A DNA stretch of 64,000 nt from Gammaproteobacteria bacterium (GCA_027459765.1 DAIDHD010000059.1:499-64498), one strand, 5' to 3'; positions 17,975 to 28,378 are shown, counted from the stretch's first letter. A program made the numbers and translations. Notes: a model not told the origin generated them from the letters alone.

Positions 17975-20224
17975 ATGCGTAAGCTTTGGATGTTGGCGAC
18001 GGTGATGTCGCTCGCGCTGGTGGCGGCCTGCGGAGGCGGCTCGAAGACGCTGATCGGCAACTGTACCGGCGGGACCGGCAGCACGGGCAGCACGGGCAGC
18101 ACGAGCTGCGGCACCACCGGCGGCGGGTCGACCACCGGTGCGGTGGTGAACAGCCTGTCGGTCACCACCAGTTCGGCGCAGATCGCCGCGGACGGCTCCA
18201 CGACCGCCACGATCAGCGCGGTGGCCAAGGACGCCAACAACAACTTCGTGCAGGGCGCCACGGTGAAGTTCAGCGCCCCGACCGGAGGCCTCACGGTCAC
18301 CCAGGCCACCACCGACGCCAGCGGGCTCGCGACCGCGACGCTCGTCGCCAACGGTGCCGCCGCCGGCACCGCCATCACGGTGACGGCGACCTCGGGCAGC
18401 GCCAGCGGCAACGTCACCGTCAACGTGGTCAGCATCCAGCAGACCATTTCGCTCACCACCGATCTGCCGCAGATCCCCTCGGACGGCTCCAAGTCGGCGA
18501 CCATCACCGCGCTGGTGCGCGACGCCAACAACAATTTCGTGTCGGGCGTGGCGGTGAGCTTCAACGCCGATTCCGGCGGCCTCACGGTGACGCAGGGAAC
18601 CACTAATGCGAGCGGCATCGCCACCGCCACTTTGAGCACCGCCAACGATCCCACCAATCGCATCATCCACGTGACCGCGAGCGCCGGTTCGGCCACGCAG
18701 ACGTTGCCGATCCAGGTGACGGGCACGACGCTCACCGTGACCGGCCCGCCGAACCTGGTGCTGAACAGCTCGGGAACCTACACGGTGGCGCTGCTGAATT
18801 CCTCCAAGACGGGCATCCCCAATACCACCGTCAATCTGGCCTCGGCGCTCGGCAACACGCTGAGCGGCGCGACCGTGACCACGGACTCGACCGGCCAGAA
18901 GACCTTCACGGTGACCGCCACCAAGTCGGGCAACGACACCATCACCGCGAGCGCGCTCGGCCTAACCGCCGGACAGCCGGTCGCGGTGGCGGCACAGAGC
19001 TTCGCCTTCACTTCGCCGCCGGCCAACGGCGCCACCACCCAGGTGAACATCGGCACCGCCCAGCCTCTCACGGTGCAGTGGACGGTCAACGGCCAGCCGC
19101 AGGTCGGCCAGACCGTGAACTTTGCCGCCACGCGCGGCACCTTGAGCGCGGCGAGCGCGGTCACCGACGCTAGCGGCAACGCCACCGTGAGCATTTCCTC
19201 CAGCATCTCCGGACCGGCGACCGTGACCGCCTCGGCGACGGGAGTCACGGCGCAGGCGGTGCTCGACTTCATCGCCACCACGCCGGCGTCCATCGACCTG
19301 CAGGCGAGTCCGGCGACCATTCCGACCCAGGGCCAGAGCACGCTCACCGCCATCGTGCGCGACGCGGCAGGCAATCTGGTGGAGAACGCCACCGTCAACT
19401 TCAAGACGGTGAACGACACCACCGGCGGCTCGCTGTCGGTGGCGTCGGCGATCACCGATGCCAACGGCCGCGCGCAGACCGTGTACACCGCGAGCTCGAC
19501 TCCGAGCGCGACCAACGGCGTGACCATCCAGGCGTCGACCACCGGCGCCGGCGGCGCCGCCATCTCGCAGACCGCCAACCTCACCGTGGGCGGCATCACC
19601 GTGTACCTGTCCCTGGGCACGGGCAACACCATCAACGAGAACGCGACCAAGACGCAGTTCATCGTGCCGTACACGGTGATCGCGCTCGACGCCGGCGGCA
19701 ACCCGGTGGCGAACTCCGCCATCACCCTCACCATCCACCCGCTGTATTACTACAAGGGCGGCTATTACCTGCAAGCCAACCCACAGCAATGGGTGCAGAC
19801 CGATACGCCGGCGAGTCCGCCGGGTGGCCCGCCGACGGCGTGTCCGAACGAGGACAGCGACTTCACCGGCATCTACGACCAGGCGAAGGACGGCTTCCCG
19901 GCCTTCTCGGGCCAGGCCGACTACGACCCGCTGGGCAACCAGAACGGCAAGCTCGATCCGGGCGGCACGGCGGTGGCTTCGCCCGCGAGCGTGACCACGG
20001 GCAGCGACGGCTCGGCCGCGTTCAACGTGATCTATCCGGAGAACGAGGCGCTCTGGGTCAAGGTCCAGCTCATCGCCACCACCACGGTGCAGGGCACGGA
20101 GAGCACCGCGAGCTCGACCTTCGTGTTGCCCATCCTCGCCACCTACCTGACGACCACCACGTCGCAGCCGCCGGGATTCGTGAGCCCGTACGGAACCGCG
20201 ACGGTGTGCACCAACCCGAACTGA
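17975..20224 (+). CDS. Big_1 (invasin/intimin-type Ig-like) repeat lipoprotein
   Basis: In-frame ATG at 17975 with GAGGA 7 nt upstream. Lipobox LALVAAC. It has about five tandem repeats of roughly 90 aa of the type '..ADGS..ATI.A.V.DANNNFV.G..V.F.A..GGLTVTQ.TT.ASG.ATATL', followed by a C-terminal domain of about 200 aa. The gene starts 38 nt after the pilQ stop. Confidence 0.8.
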   Translation: MRKLWMLATVMSLALVAACGGGSKTLIGNCTGGTGSTGSTGSTSCGTTGGGSTTGAVVNSLSVTTSSAQIAADGSTTATISAVAKDANNNFVQGATVKFSAPTGGLTVTQATTDASGLATATLVANGAAAGTAITVTATSGSASGNVTVNVVSIQQTISLTTDLPQIPSDGSKSATITALVRDANNNFVSGVAVSFNADSGGLTVTQGTTNASGIATATLSTANDPTNRIIHVTASAGSATQTLPIQVTGTTLTVTGPPNLVLNSSGTYTVALLNSSKTGIPNTTVNLASALGNTLSGATVTTDSTGQKTFTVTATKSGNDTITASALGLTAGQPVAVAAQSFAFTSPPANGATTQVNIGTAQPLTVQWTVNGQPQVGQTVNFAATRGTLSAASAVTDASGNATVSISSSISGPATVTASATGVTAQAVLDFIATTPASIDLQASPATIPTQGQSTLTAIVRDAAGNLVENATVNFKTVNDTTGGSLSVASAITDANGRAQTVYTASSTPSATNGVTIQASTTGAGGAAISQTANLTVGGITVYLSLGTGNTINENATKTQFIVPYTVIALDAGGNPVANSAITLTIHPLYYYKGGYYLQANPQQWVQTDTPASPPGGPPTACPNEDSDFTGIYDQAKDGFPAFSGQADYDPLGNQNGKLDPGGTAVASPASVTTGSDGSAAFNVIYPENEALWVKVQLIATTTVQGTESTASSTFVLPILATYLTTTTSQPPGFVSPYGTATVCTNPN

Positions 20225-20233
20225 CGCGCGAAG

Positions 20234-20264
20234 GCGCAGGCGGCCGCAACGCGGCCGCCTGCGC
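20234..20264 (+). terminator. Strong GC hairpin after the Ig-repeat lipoprotein gene (no U-tract)
   Basis: A perfect 14-bp inverted repeat, GCGCAGGCGGCCGC (20234..20247) and GCGGCCGCCTGCGC (20251..20264), with loop AAC. It lies 10 nt after the stop codon. Confidence 0.45.
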
Positions 20265-20330
20265 AACGGCGCCGGCGCCCCGCACGGCGTGCCGCACGGC
20301 GAGCCCCGCAAGGGTAGACTCGGCGCTCGC

Positions 20331-20858
20331 ATGCTCGGCCGCCGTAATCTCTTCCTCATCGGTCCCATGGGCTCCGGCAAGTCCGCCGTCGGCCGCGCAC
20401 TCGCGCGCCTGTTGAAGCTGCGCTTCATCGACAGCGACACCGACATCGAGGCCCGCACCGGCGTCGACATTCCCTTCATCTTCGAGAAGGAGGGCGAGGC
20501 GGGCTTTCGGGCCCGCGAGCGCGAGGCGATCGAGAGGCTCACCCGCCTCGACGGCATCGTGCTCGCCACCGGCGGCGGGGCGGTGATCGATCCCGACAAC
20601 CGGCGCGCGCTCGCCGAACGTGGCACGGTGGTCTACCTTGCCACCTCGGTGCGCGAACAGCTCGCCCGCACGCGCCACACGCAGCACCGTCCGCTGCTGC
20701 GGGACGCCGATCCCGGCCGCAAGCTTCAGGAGCTGATGGCGGCGCGCGCCGCCTGGTACGCCGAAATCGCGGATCTGACGGTCACCACGGACGGCCGCAA
20801 GGTGGCCTCCGTCGCCGCCGAGATCCACGCAGCACTGCGGGGCACACCGGCGGCCTAA
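20331..20858 (+). CDS. aroK: Shikimate kinase
   Basis: In-frame ATG at 20331. MLGRRNLFLIGPMGSGKSAVGRALA contains the Walker A motif, and DSD and GGG blocks follow. The pilQ...aroK-aroB synteny supports the call. Confidence 0.95.
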   Translation: MLGRRNLFLIGPMGSGKSAVGRALARLLKLRFIDSDTDIEARTGVDIPFIFEKEGEAGFRAREREAIERLTRLDGIVLATGGGAVIDPDNRRALAERGTVVYLATSVREQLARTRHTQHRPLLRDADPGRKLQELMAARAAWYAEIADLTVTTDGRKVASVAAEIHAALRGTPAA

Positions 20859-20877
20859 GCTCCGTATAATCGCGGGC

Positions 20878-21954
20878 GTGCGCACGCTCGACGTCGAGGC
20901 CGGACCGACCCGCTACACCATCACCATCGGCCCCGCGCTGATCGGCGACCCGCACGCTTGCGCGGCGCGGATCCCGGGCCGGGACCACCTCGTCGTCACC
21001 AACGAGACCGTGGCGCCGCTCTACCTCGACAAGCTGCGCGCCGGCCTGCCCGGACGGCGCGTGCAGGCCTGCGTGCTGCCCGACGGCGAGCGCTTCAAGA
21101 CGCTGGCGACGCTCGAGCGCGTGTTCGATGCGCTCACCGCGCACCGCTTCAATCGCGATGCCGTGGTGATCGCCCTCGGCGGCGGCGTGGTCGGCGACAT
21201 GGCCGGGTTCGCGGCGGCCTGTTACCAGCGTGGCGTTGGTTACGTGCAGGTGCCGACCACTTTGCTCGCCCAAGTGGACTCGTCGGTGGGCGGCAAGACC
21301 GGCGTCAATCTGCCCGCCGGCAAGAATCTGGTGGGAGCCTTCCACCAGCCGCTCGCGGTGATCGCCGACACCGATACGCTCGCGACGCTGCCGCCGCGCG
21401 AGTTGCGCGCTGGTCTCGCCGAGGTGATCAAGTACGGCTGCATCTGCGACGTGGGCTTCCTCGACTGGATCGAGACGCGCCTGGAAGCGCTCCTCGCCTG
21501 CGACGCCGCCGCGCTCACCGAGGCGATCGAGCGCTCCTGTGCCATCAAGGCCCGGGTGGTGGGCGAGGACGAGCGCGAGCACGGGTTGCGCGCCATCCTC
21601 AACTTCGGCCACACCTTCGGGCACGCCATCGAGGCCGCCACCGGCTACGAGACCCTGCTGCACGGCGAGGCCGTGGCTCTCGGCATGCTCTGCGCCGCCG
21701 ATCTGTCGTGCCGCATCGGCATGCTCGAACCGGCCGCCGCCGCCCGTATCGGCGCGCTGTTGACGCGCGCCGGGCTGCCGACCGTGACGCCGCGGATCGG
21801 CGCCGCGCGCGCCGCCGAGCTGCTGCGCCTCGACAAGAAGGTGCTCGCCGGCAAGGTGCGTCTGGTGCTCCTCGACGGTCTCGGCCGGGCCGTGGTGAGC
21901 GACGCCTACCCGCAGGACGCGCTCGGCGCCGTGCTCGAGGAGCGCTTCGCGTGA
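20878..21954 (+). CDS. aroB: 3-dehydroquinate synthase
   Basis: The 358-aa product shows [31 protein letters not shown] and [11 protein letters not shown]. Confidence 0.95.
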   Translation: MRTLDVEAGPTRYTITIGPALIGDPHACAARIPGRDHLVVTNETVAPLYLDKLRAGLPGRRVQACVLPDGERFKTLATLERVFDALTAHRFNRDAVVIALGGGVVGDMAGFAAACYQRGVGYVQVPTTLLAQVDSSVGGKTGVNLPAGKNLVGAFHQPLAVIADTDTLATLPPRELRAGLAEVIKYGCICDVGFLDWIETRLEALLACDAAALTEAIERSCAIKARVVGEDEREHGLRAILNFGHTFGHAIEAATGYETLLHGEAVALGMLCAADLSCRIGMLEPAAAARIGALLTRAGLPTVTPRIGAARAAELLRLDKKVLAGKVRLVLLDGLGRAVVSDAYPQDALGAVLEERFA

Positions 21955-23102
21955 GCGAGCTGGCTGCGTACGCCGCGCACGACGAGGCTTCGCGCGGCCG
22001 GCGCTTCCCCGAACCGGAACCCGCGCACCGCTCGGAGTTCCAGCGCGACCGCGACCGGATCGTGCACTCCACGGCCTTCCGCCGTCTGGTCTACAAGACC
22101 CAGGTGTTCGTGAACCACGAAGGCGATCTGTACCGCACCCGGCTCACCCACTCGCTCGAAGTGGCGCAGATCGCGCGCGCCAGCGCCCGCGCCCTCAAGC
22201 TCAACGAGGCGCTCTCCGAGGCCATATGCCTCGCGCACGACCTCGGCCACACGCCGTTCGGCCACGCCGGCCAGGACGCGCTCAACGAGTGCATGCGCGA
22301 ATTCGGCGGTTTCGAGCACAATCTGCAGTCGCTGCGGGTGGTCGACGTCCTGGAGGAGCACTACGCCGACTTCGACGGACTGAATCTGACCTTCGAGTGC
22401 CGCGAGGGCATCCTCAAGCACTGCTCGCACGCCAACGCGCTTGCACTCGGCGAAATCGGCGAACGCTTCCTCAAGAAGCACCAGCCCGGGCTGGAGGCGC
22501 AGCTCGCGAATTTCGCCGACGAGATCGCCTACAACAACCACGACGTCGACGACGGGCTGCGCGCCGGATTGGTCACGGTCGATCAGCTGCTCGAGGTGCC
22601 GTTGTTCGCCGAACACCACGCCGAGGTGAAGGCGCGCCACCCCGACCTCGGCGGACGGCGCCTGGTGCACGAGATCATCCGCCGCATGATCGGCCGTCTG
22701 GTCACCGACCTCATCGACGCCTCGCGCGCGCGCCTGACCGCCGCCGGCGTGCGCTCCATCGACGAGGTTCGCATGCACGCCGGGCCGCTGATAGGCTTCA
22801 GCGATCCGGTGCGCGAGCTCAACCGGCAGTTGAAGAACTTCCTGCGCGAGCACGTCTACCGGCACTACAAGGTGCGGCGCATGACCGCCAAGGCGCGGCG
22901 CGTGGTGAGCGCGCTGTTCGAGGCCTTTCTTGCCGACCCCGGTTTGATGCCCGAGGAACACCAGGCCACCGCGGAACGGCTGCAGGCGGCACAGGGAACG
23001 GCGGGCCGTGCACGCGCGGTGGCCGATTACATCGCGGGCATGACCGACCGATATGCCATCATCGAGCACCGCCGACTCTTCGACCCCAGCGAGCGAACAT
23101 GA
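21951..23102 (+). CDS. dgt: dGTP triphosphohydrolase-like HD-domain protein
   Basis: GTG at 21951 overlaps the aroB stop. It shows [25 protein letters not shown] and [10 protein letters not shown] (HD domain). Confidence 0.9.
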   Translation: MSELAAYAAHDEASRGRRFPEPEPAHRSEFQRDRDRIVHSTAFRRLVYKTQVFVNHEGDLYRTRLTHSLEVAQIARASARALKLNEALSEAICLAHDLGHTPFGHAGQDALNECMREFGGFEHNLQSLRVVDVLEEHYADFDGLNLTFECREGILKHCSHANALALGEIGERFLKKHQPGLEAQLANFADEIAYNNHDVDDGLRAGLVTVDQLLEVPLFAEHHAEVKARHPDLGGRRLVHEIIRRMIGRLVTDLIDASRARLTAAGVRSIDEVRMHAGPLIGFSDPVRELNRQLKNFLREHVYRHYKVRRMTAKARRVVSALFEAFLADPGLMPEEHQATAERLQAAQGTAGRARAVADYIAGMTDRYAIIEHRRLFDPSERT

Positions 23103-24157
23103 CCGACACGTTGCGTAACGATCTCTTCCTTCGGGCCCTGCTGCGCGAGCCCACGCCGCGGCGACCCCTGTGGCTGATGCGCCAGGCGGGGCGCTACCTG
23201 CCCGAGTACCGCGCCACGCGCGCGCGCGCGGGCAACTTCCTCAACCTGTGCACGAACCCCGAGCTCGCCTGCGAGGTCACGCTGCAGCCCATCGATCGAT
23301 ACGGCTTCGATGCCGCCATCCTGTTCTCCGACATCCTCACGGTGCCGCACGCCATGAAGCTCGGCCTGGAGTTCGAGGCCGGCGAGGGACCGCGCTTCGA
23401 GCGCCCGGTGCGCACGCCACGCGACATCGACGCGCTGCCGGTGCCCGATCCGCACATCGATCTCAAGTACGTCGTCGACGCCGTCGCCCTGATCCGTCGC
23501 GAGCTGCGTGGCCGTGTGCCGCTGATCGGCTTCGCCGGCAGTCCGTGGACGGTGGGCACCTACATGGTCGAGGGCGGCGGCAGCAAGAGCTTCGCGCACA
23601 TCAAGCGCATGATGTACGAGGCGCCCGCCGAACTGCACCGGCTGCTCGACGTCGTCACGCGCGCCACGGTGCTGTACCTGAACGCGCAGATCGCCGCCGG
23701 CGCACAGGCCGTCATGCTGTTCGACACCTGGGGCGGAATTCTCACGCCGGCGCAGTACGAGGAGTTCTCGCTGCGGCCGATGGCGCAGGTGGTGGCCGCG
23801 CTCACGCGCGAGGCCGACGGGCGGCGCGTGCCGTCGATCGTGTTCACCAAGGGGGGCGGCGCCTGGCTCGAGCGCATCGCCGCGATCGGCTGCGATGCCG
23901 TGGGAGTCGACTGGAGCACGGATCTCGCCACCGCCCGGCGCGCCGTCGGCGGACGGGTGGCCCTGCAGGGCAACCTCGATCCCGCGGCGCTGTACGCGCC
24001 CCCCGACCGGTTGCGCGCCGAAACCCTGCGGGTGCTCGACAGCTACGGCCCGGGTCCCGGCCACGTCTTCAATCTCGGCCACGGCATCACGCCGGACGTG
24101 GATCCGGAGCGTGTCGCCGTGCTGGTGGAGACGGTGAGGAACTACGTCCCGGGCTGA
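23099..24157 (+). CDS. hemE: Uroporphyrinogen decarboxylase
   Basis: ATG at 23099 overlaps the dgt stop (ATGA). [38 protein letters not shown] is the classic HemE N-terminus. Confidence 0.95.
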   Translation: MTDTLRNDLFLRALLREPTPRRPLWLMRQAGRYLPEYRATRARAGNFLNLCTNPELACEVTLQPIDRYGFDAAILFSDILTVPHAMKLGLEFEAGEGPRFERPVRTPRDIDALPVPDPHIDLKYVVDAVALIRRELRGRVPLIGFAGSPWTVGTYMVEGGGSKSFAHIKRMMYEAPAELHRLLDVVTRATVLYLNAQIAAGAQAVMLFDTWGGILTPAQYEEFSLRPMAQVVAALTREADGRRVPSIVFTKGGGAWLERIAAIGCDAVGVDWSTDLATARRAVGGRVALQGNLDPAALYAPPDRLRAETLRVLDSYGPGPGHVFNLGHGITPDVDPERVAVLVETVRNYVPG

Positions 24158-25896
24158 GCCGCGCCCCCGGGCGGCACCGCGCCCGTGCCGACGCCGTCGC
24201 GCAGCTCGTCGCGCAGCGCCCGCCGCAGGATCTTGCCGACGTTGGTCTTCGGCAGCTCCCTGCGGAAGTAGACGTGCTTGGGCACCTTGTAGCCCGCCAG
24301 CCGCCCGTGGCAGTGCTTCACCAGCTCCTCGGCCGTGAGCGCCGGGTCCTTGCGCACCACGAAGATCGCCACCACCTCACCCGAGTGCTCGTCGGCCTGG
24401 GCCACCGCGGCCACCTCCAGCACCCCGGGGTGCTCGGCGACCACGCCCTCCACTTCGTTGGCGTAGACGTTGAATCCCGACACCAGGATCATGTCCTTCT
24501 TGCGATCCTCGATGTACACGAAGCCGCGCTCGTCCATGCGGCCGACGTCGCCGGTGCGCAGCCAATCGCCGAACATGACCTTCTCGGTCTCGTCGGGACG
24601 ATTCCAATAGCCGCGCATCACCTGCGGCCCGAACACGCAGATCTCGCCGATGCCGTTCACCGGCAGCTCGCGGCCGTCCTCGTCGCGGATCGAGACGTCG
24701 GTGGAGGGAATGGGCAGCCCGATGGAACCGTTGAACGGCTCGTCGAACGGATTGATGCACGCCGCCGGCGAGGTCTCGGTCAGCCCCCAGGCCTGGGTGA
24801 GGTTGTTGCCCGTCACCTCCTTCCAGCGCGCCGCCACCACCGCCTGCACGGCCATCCCGCCGCCGAGGCTGATCTTCAATCCGCTGAAATCGAGCTCGGC
24901 GAATCCGGGGGTGTGCAGCAGCGCGTTGAACAGCGTGTTCACGCCGCTGATGAAGAAGAACCGGTGGCGGCGTAGCTCCTTGACGAATCCGGCGAAATCG
25001 CGCGGATTGGTGATGAGCAGGTTGGTTGCGCCGAGGTTGATCCACAGGAGGCAGTTCGCCGTGAGCGAGAAGATGTGATAGAGCGGCAGCGCGGTCACGA
25101 CGACGCGTGAATCCGCCGCGTCCGCGAGCGCGGGCCCGATCCAGGCGCGTGCCTGCAGGACGTTGGCCACCATGTTGCGGTGGGTGAGCACCGCCGCCTT
25201 GGAAACGCCGGTGGTGCCGCCCGTGTACTGCAGGAAGGCGATGTCGTCGTGGGCGAGCGGCACCGTCTCGAGCTTGGCGCCGAGCCCGACCGCGAGGGCG
25301 TGCTTGAAGCGGATCGAGCCCGGGATGCGATACGCCGGGACCTGCTTGCGAACGCGGCGCACCACGAAATTCACGATGGCGCCGCGCGGAAAGGAGAGAA
25401 GCTCGCCGATGCTGGTGATCAGCACCTGCTTCAACTCCGTGCGCGGCAGCACCTCCGCGAGCACGTGCGCGAAGTTCTCGACGATGACGATGGCCTTGGC
25501 GCCCGAGTCGCGTAGCTGGTGCTCGAGCTCGCGCGCCGTATACAGCGGATTGGTGTTGACCACCACCATGCCGGCGCGCAACGCCCCGAACAGCGCCACC
25601 GGATACTGCAGCAGGTTCGGCATCATGAGCGCGATCCGGTCGCCGGCCGCGAGCCCCGAGTGCTTCTGCAGCCAGGCGGCGAAGGCGCGCGACAGCTCGT
25701 CGAGCTGCGCGTAGCTCATGGTGGTGCCGAAGTTGCTGTAGGCCGTGCGTGCGGCGTAACGCCGGCACGCGTCCTCCAGGACGTCGCGCAGCGACGCGTA
25801 CTCGTTCAGGTCGACGTCGGCGGGGACGCCGGCCGGGTAGTGGCGCAGCCAGGTTCGCTCCACGCGCAAGGACTCCTCGGAATTCCCGTGTCGCAC
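24142..25896 (-). CDS. fadD: Long-chain fatty acid--CoA ligase (AMP-binding family)
   Basis: The 584-aa product shows the AMP-binding motif [12 protein letters not shown], plus GYWNRPDET and the C-terminal KILRR. Its 3' end overlaps the hemE 3' end by 16 nt (convergent). Confidence 0.88.
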   Translation of the reverse strand: MRHGNSEESLRVERTWLRHYPAGVPADVDLNEYASLRDVLEDACRRYAARTAYSNFGTTMSYAQLDELSRAFAAWLQKHSGLAAGDRIALMMPNLLQYPVALFGALRAGMVVVNTNPLYTARELEHQLRDSGAKAIVIVENFAHVLAEVLPRTELKQVLITSIGELLSFPRGAIVNFVVRRVRKQVPAYRIPGSIRFKHALAVGLGAKLETVPLAHDDIAFLQYTGGTTGVSKAAVLTHRNMVANVLQARAWIGPALADAADSRVVVTALPLYHIFSLTANCLLWINLGATNLLITNPRDFAGFVKELRRHRFFFISGVNTLFNALLHTPGFAELDFSGLKISLGGGMAVQAVVAARWKEVTGNNLTQAWGLTETSPAACINPFDEPFNGSIGLPIPSTDVSIRDEDGRELPVNGIGEICVFGPQVMRGYWNRPDETEKVMFGDWLRTGDVGRMDERGFVYIEDRKKDMILVSGFNVYANEVEGVVAEHPGVLEVAAVAQADEHSGEVVAIFVVRKDPALTAEELVKHCHGRLAGYKVPKHVYFRRELPKTNVGKILRRALRDELRDGVGTGAVPPGGAAQPGT

Positions 25897-25995
25897 CTAT
25901 AGCACCGGTCACCGGCGCCGGCAACGATGCGGCCCGGAATTCCAGGTACACTTGAGCGTGCGCTCGGCGACGCGCCGGGCGCAGGAGTAAAGGTC

Positions 25996-26409
25996 ATGCT
26001 GAGACTGCGCTTCTTCGCGCTCGCCGCCTGCGCCGCACTCGCCGGCTGCGTCTCCGGTTACGGCGGCTGTCTGTTCCTGCGGCCCGCGTCGCACACCCTC
26101 ACCGGCCGGGTGCACTTCCGCAGCTACCCGGTGACGGGCGGGGTCGATCACGTGACGCTGCTCGACTTCGATCGTACGGAATACGTGTACGCGCCCGCCA
26201 AGAGCCTCATGTGCATACCCGTCAACGAGGTTCAGCTCACCGGGCTGGCGGAGTTTCCGGAGGAGGTGATCGAGAACCAGCGCGTCTCGGTGCACGGACG
26301 ACTCACACAGGTCGCCTCCGGCCGCGAGCACACCGATTTCGCGCTGCAGGTCATCACCCTCCTGCCGTTGCGCGGTCGGCCCGCGGATGCCGCGCCGTCG
26401 CACCCTTGA
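25996..26409 (+). CDS. Hypothetical lipoprotein
   Basis: In-frame ATG at 25996. MLRLRFFALAACAALAGC forms a lipobox. High GC3. I recognise no family with confidence. Confidence 0.55.
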   Translation: MLRLRFFALAACAALAGCVSGYGGCLFLRPASHTLTGRVHFRSYPVTGGVDHVTLLDFDRTEYVYAPAKSLMCIPVNEVQLTGLAEFPEEVIENQRVSVHGRLTQVASGREHTDFALQVITLLPLRGRPADAAPSHP

Positions 26410-26524
26410 GTGGATGCCGGCGGCGGGCGTGCATGCGGGCGACCGCCGAAATTCGGGTGCACCCGTGGGTTCGGGCTACAATCCGGCCGGGCGATACCTA
26501 TAACCAGCTCGGGGAGAAATACTG

Positions 26525-26986
26525 ATGAAAACGACGACGTTGATGAGTGCCATTGCGGCACCGGTGCTGTGTCTGTGGATGGCGGTCCCCGCCTTCGCCG
26601 CCGACGGCCAGACGATGTGCAAGGACGGTACGACCTCGGCCACCTCCGGCCGCGGCGCCTGCAGCGGCCACGGCGGCGTGCAGAAGGCCGCCAAGGCCTC
26701 CAAATCGTCCAAGTCCTCGAAGGCGGCGGCTGCCGAGACCAAGAGCGAGCCGGCGGCTGCGCCGGCCAAGACCGAGGCCCCGGCGGCCAAGAGCGCAGCG
26801 CCGGCGGCCAAGTCCGCGGCCAAGGCGGCGCCCGCGGCCTCCAAGTCCGCACCCACGGGCAGCGACGCCGGCGCGCCCAGCGGCGCGACCGCGAAGTGCA
26901 AGGACGGCACCTACTCCAAGGCGAAGACGCACACCGGGGCGTGCTCGCACCACGGCGGCGTGGCGGAGTGGCTCGACGGCAAGTGA
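26525..26986 (+). CDS. Secreted DUF3761-type protein with two Cys motifs and an Ala/Lys/Ser-rich linker
   Basis: It has a signal peptide (..AVPAFA/ADG). The motif 'CKDGT.S......GACS.HGGV' occurs at both ends, which is the DUF3761 signature as I remember it. The linker between them is low-complexity (AAKSAAPAAKSAAKAAPAASKS). Confidence 0.65.
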   Translation: MKTTTLMSAIAAPVLCLWMAVPAFAADGQTMCKDGTTSATSGRGACSGHGGVQKAAKASKSSKSSKAAAAETKSEPAAAPAKTEAPAAKSAAPAAKSAAKAAPAASKSAPTGSDAGAPSGATAKCKDGTYSKAKTHTGACSHHGGVAEWLDGK

Positions 26987-27069
26987 TCGGTACGCCCGCC
27001 GGCACACGCCGGTGAGCGTTCCCATCCGCTCTGGCGGCGACGCCCCGGTTCACGGGGCTCGCCGCCATT

Positions 27070-27696
27070 TCATTTCATTAGCAGCGGTTTCAGCGCCGGC
27101 CAGAGCGTGTCGAGCAATTGCGGTTGGCCGGCCGCGTTCGGGTGAATGCCGTCGGCCTGCATCAGCGCCGGATCCAGCGCCACCCGATCGAGCAGGAACG
27201 GCACCAGCGGCAACTTCTTGTCGCGCGCCAGATCGGTGTACACGGCACGGAACTGTGCCTCGTAGCGCGGTCCGTAATTAGGCGGTATGCGCATGCCCAC
27301 CAGCAGCACGCGCGCACCCGCGCCGCGGGCGAGATCGATCATCCTCGCGAGGTTCGCGCGCATCTGTGCCGCCGGGAGCGCGCGCAGGCCGTCGTTGCCG
27401 CCGAGTTCCAGCACCACGACCGCGGGGTGGTGCACGGCGAGCGCCCGTGGCAGCCGAGCCAGCCCGCCGGCGGTGGTCTCACCGCTGACGCTGGCGTTGA
27501 CGACCTCGTACCCGTACCCTGCGGCCTTGATTTTCGCGGCGAGCATCGCCACCCATCCCTGCTCGACGTGCTCGAGGCCGTAGCCGGCGCTGATGCTGTC
27601 GCCGAACACGAGTAGGGTCGAGGCGCGTGCGCCGCCCGGCAGCGCAGCGGCGATCATCATCACGAATGCCAGTAACCGAATCACGGGCGCCCCCAT
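27070..27696 (-). CDS. tesA: GDSL-family arylesterase / acyl-CoA thioesterase I
   Basis: In-frame ATG at 27696 in ORF 27070..27900. It has a signal peptide followed by LLVFGDSISAGYG (GDSL block), LGGNDG and DGIHPN. It is divergent from ybbA-ybbP as in E. coli. Confidence 0.85.
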   Translation of the reverse strand: MGAPVIRLLAFVMMIAAALPGGARASTLLVFGDSISAGYGLEHVEQGWVAMLAAKIKAAGYGYEVVNASVSGETTAGGLARLPRALAVHHPAVVVLELGGNDGLRALPAAQMRANLARMIDLARGAGARVLLVGMRIPPNYGPRYEAQFRAVYTDLARDKKLPLVPFLLDRVALDPALMQADGIHPNAAGQPQLLDTLWPALKPLLMK

Positions 27697-28378
27697 GCAA
27701 GAAGATGTGGTACTGCAGGCCGAGCACGTCTCGAAGACCGTCGACAGCCCCGAAGGGCCGCTCACCATTCTCGCCGATGTCAGCTTGACCGTGCGAGCCG
27801 GCGAGACGCTCGCCATCGTCGGCCCGTCGGGCGCCGGCAAGTCCACGCTGCTCGCGCTGCTCGCCGGGCTCGACAGTCCGAGCACCGGCCGCGTCGTCAT
27901 CGCCGGCGAGAGTCTCGGCGATCTCGACGAGGACGGCCGCGCCAGCCTGCGCGGCCGCCACGTGGGTTTCGTGTTTCAGAGCTTCCACCTCATCCCCGCG
28001 CTCACCGCGCTCGAGAACGTGATGCTGCCGCTCGAGTTGCGCGGCGACGCCGACGCGCGCGCCGCGGCCGGGCACGCGCTCGCGCAGGTGGGACTCGAGG
28101 CGCGCCGCGGCCACTATCCCCGCCAGCTCTCCGGAGGCGAGCAGCAGCGGGTCGCGATCGCTCGCGCCTTCGTGACGCAGCCGAAGCTGCTGTTCGCGGA
28201 CGAACCGACCGGCAACCTCGACACCGCCACCGGCCAGCGGATCACCGAGCTCCTGTTCGCCCTCAATCGCGACCGCGGCTCGACGCTGGTGCTGGTGACG
28301 CACGACCGGGCGCTCGCGGCGCGCTGTCACCGCGTGCTCGAACTCGAGGCGGGGCAGCGCGTGGAACTCGAACCGTGA
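27695..28378 (+). CDS. ybbA: ABC transporter ATP-binding protein (YbbA-like)
   Basis: In-frame ATG at 27695. It shows Walker [10 protein letters not shown], signature LSGGEQQRV and Walker [13 protein letters not shown]. Confidence 0.9.
   Translation: MQEDVVLQAEHVSKTVDSPEGPLTILADVSLTVRAGETLAIVGPSGAGKSTLLALLAGLDSPSTGRVVIAGESLGDLDEDGRASLRGRHVGFVFQSFHLIPALTALENVMLPLELRGDADARAAAGHALAQVGLEARRGHYPRQLSGGEQQRVAIARAFVTQPKLLFADEPTGNLDTATGQRITELLFALNRDRGSTLVLVTHDRALAARCHRVLELEAGQRVELEP

Noticed and set aside
15690-18735. 760-aa, 279-aa and 246-aa minus-strand ORFs opposite pilQ and the Ig-repeat gene
   Set aside because: They are antisense shadows of well-supported plus-strand genes, with no start context and no motifs.
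18150-19600. Repetitive DNA that might be taken for a repeat array or CRISPR
   Set aside because: The repeats are units of about 270 bp encoding diverged Ig-like domains in one continuous reading frame. There are no short identical direct repeats with unique spacers and no cas genes.
26232-27281. Overlapping 278-aa (-), 244-aa (+), 201-aa (+) and 175-aa (-) ORFs around the DUF3761 gene
   Set aside because: These are Arg/Pro-rich wrong-frame translations of the Ala/Lys-rich linker region. Only the 26525..26986 frame has a signal peptide and the Cys motifs.
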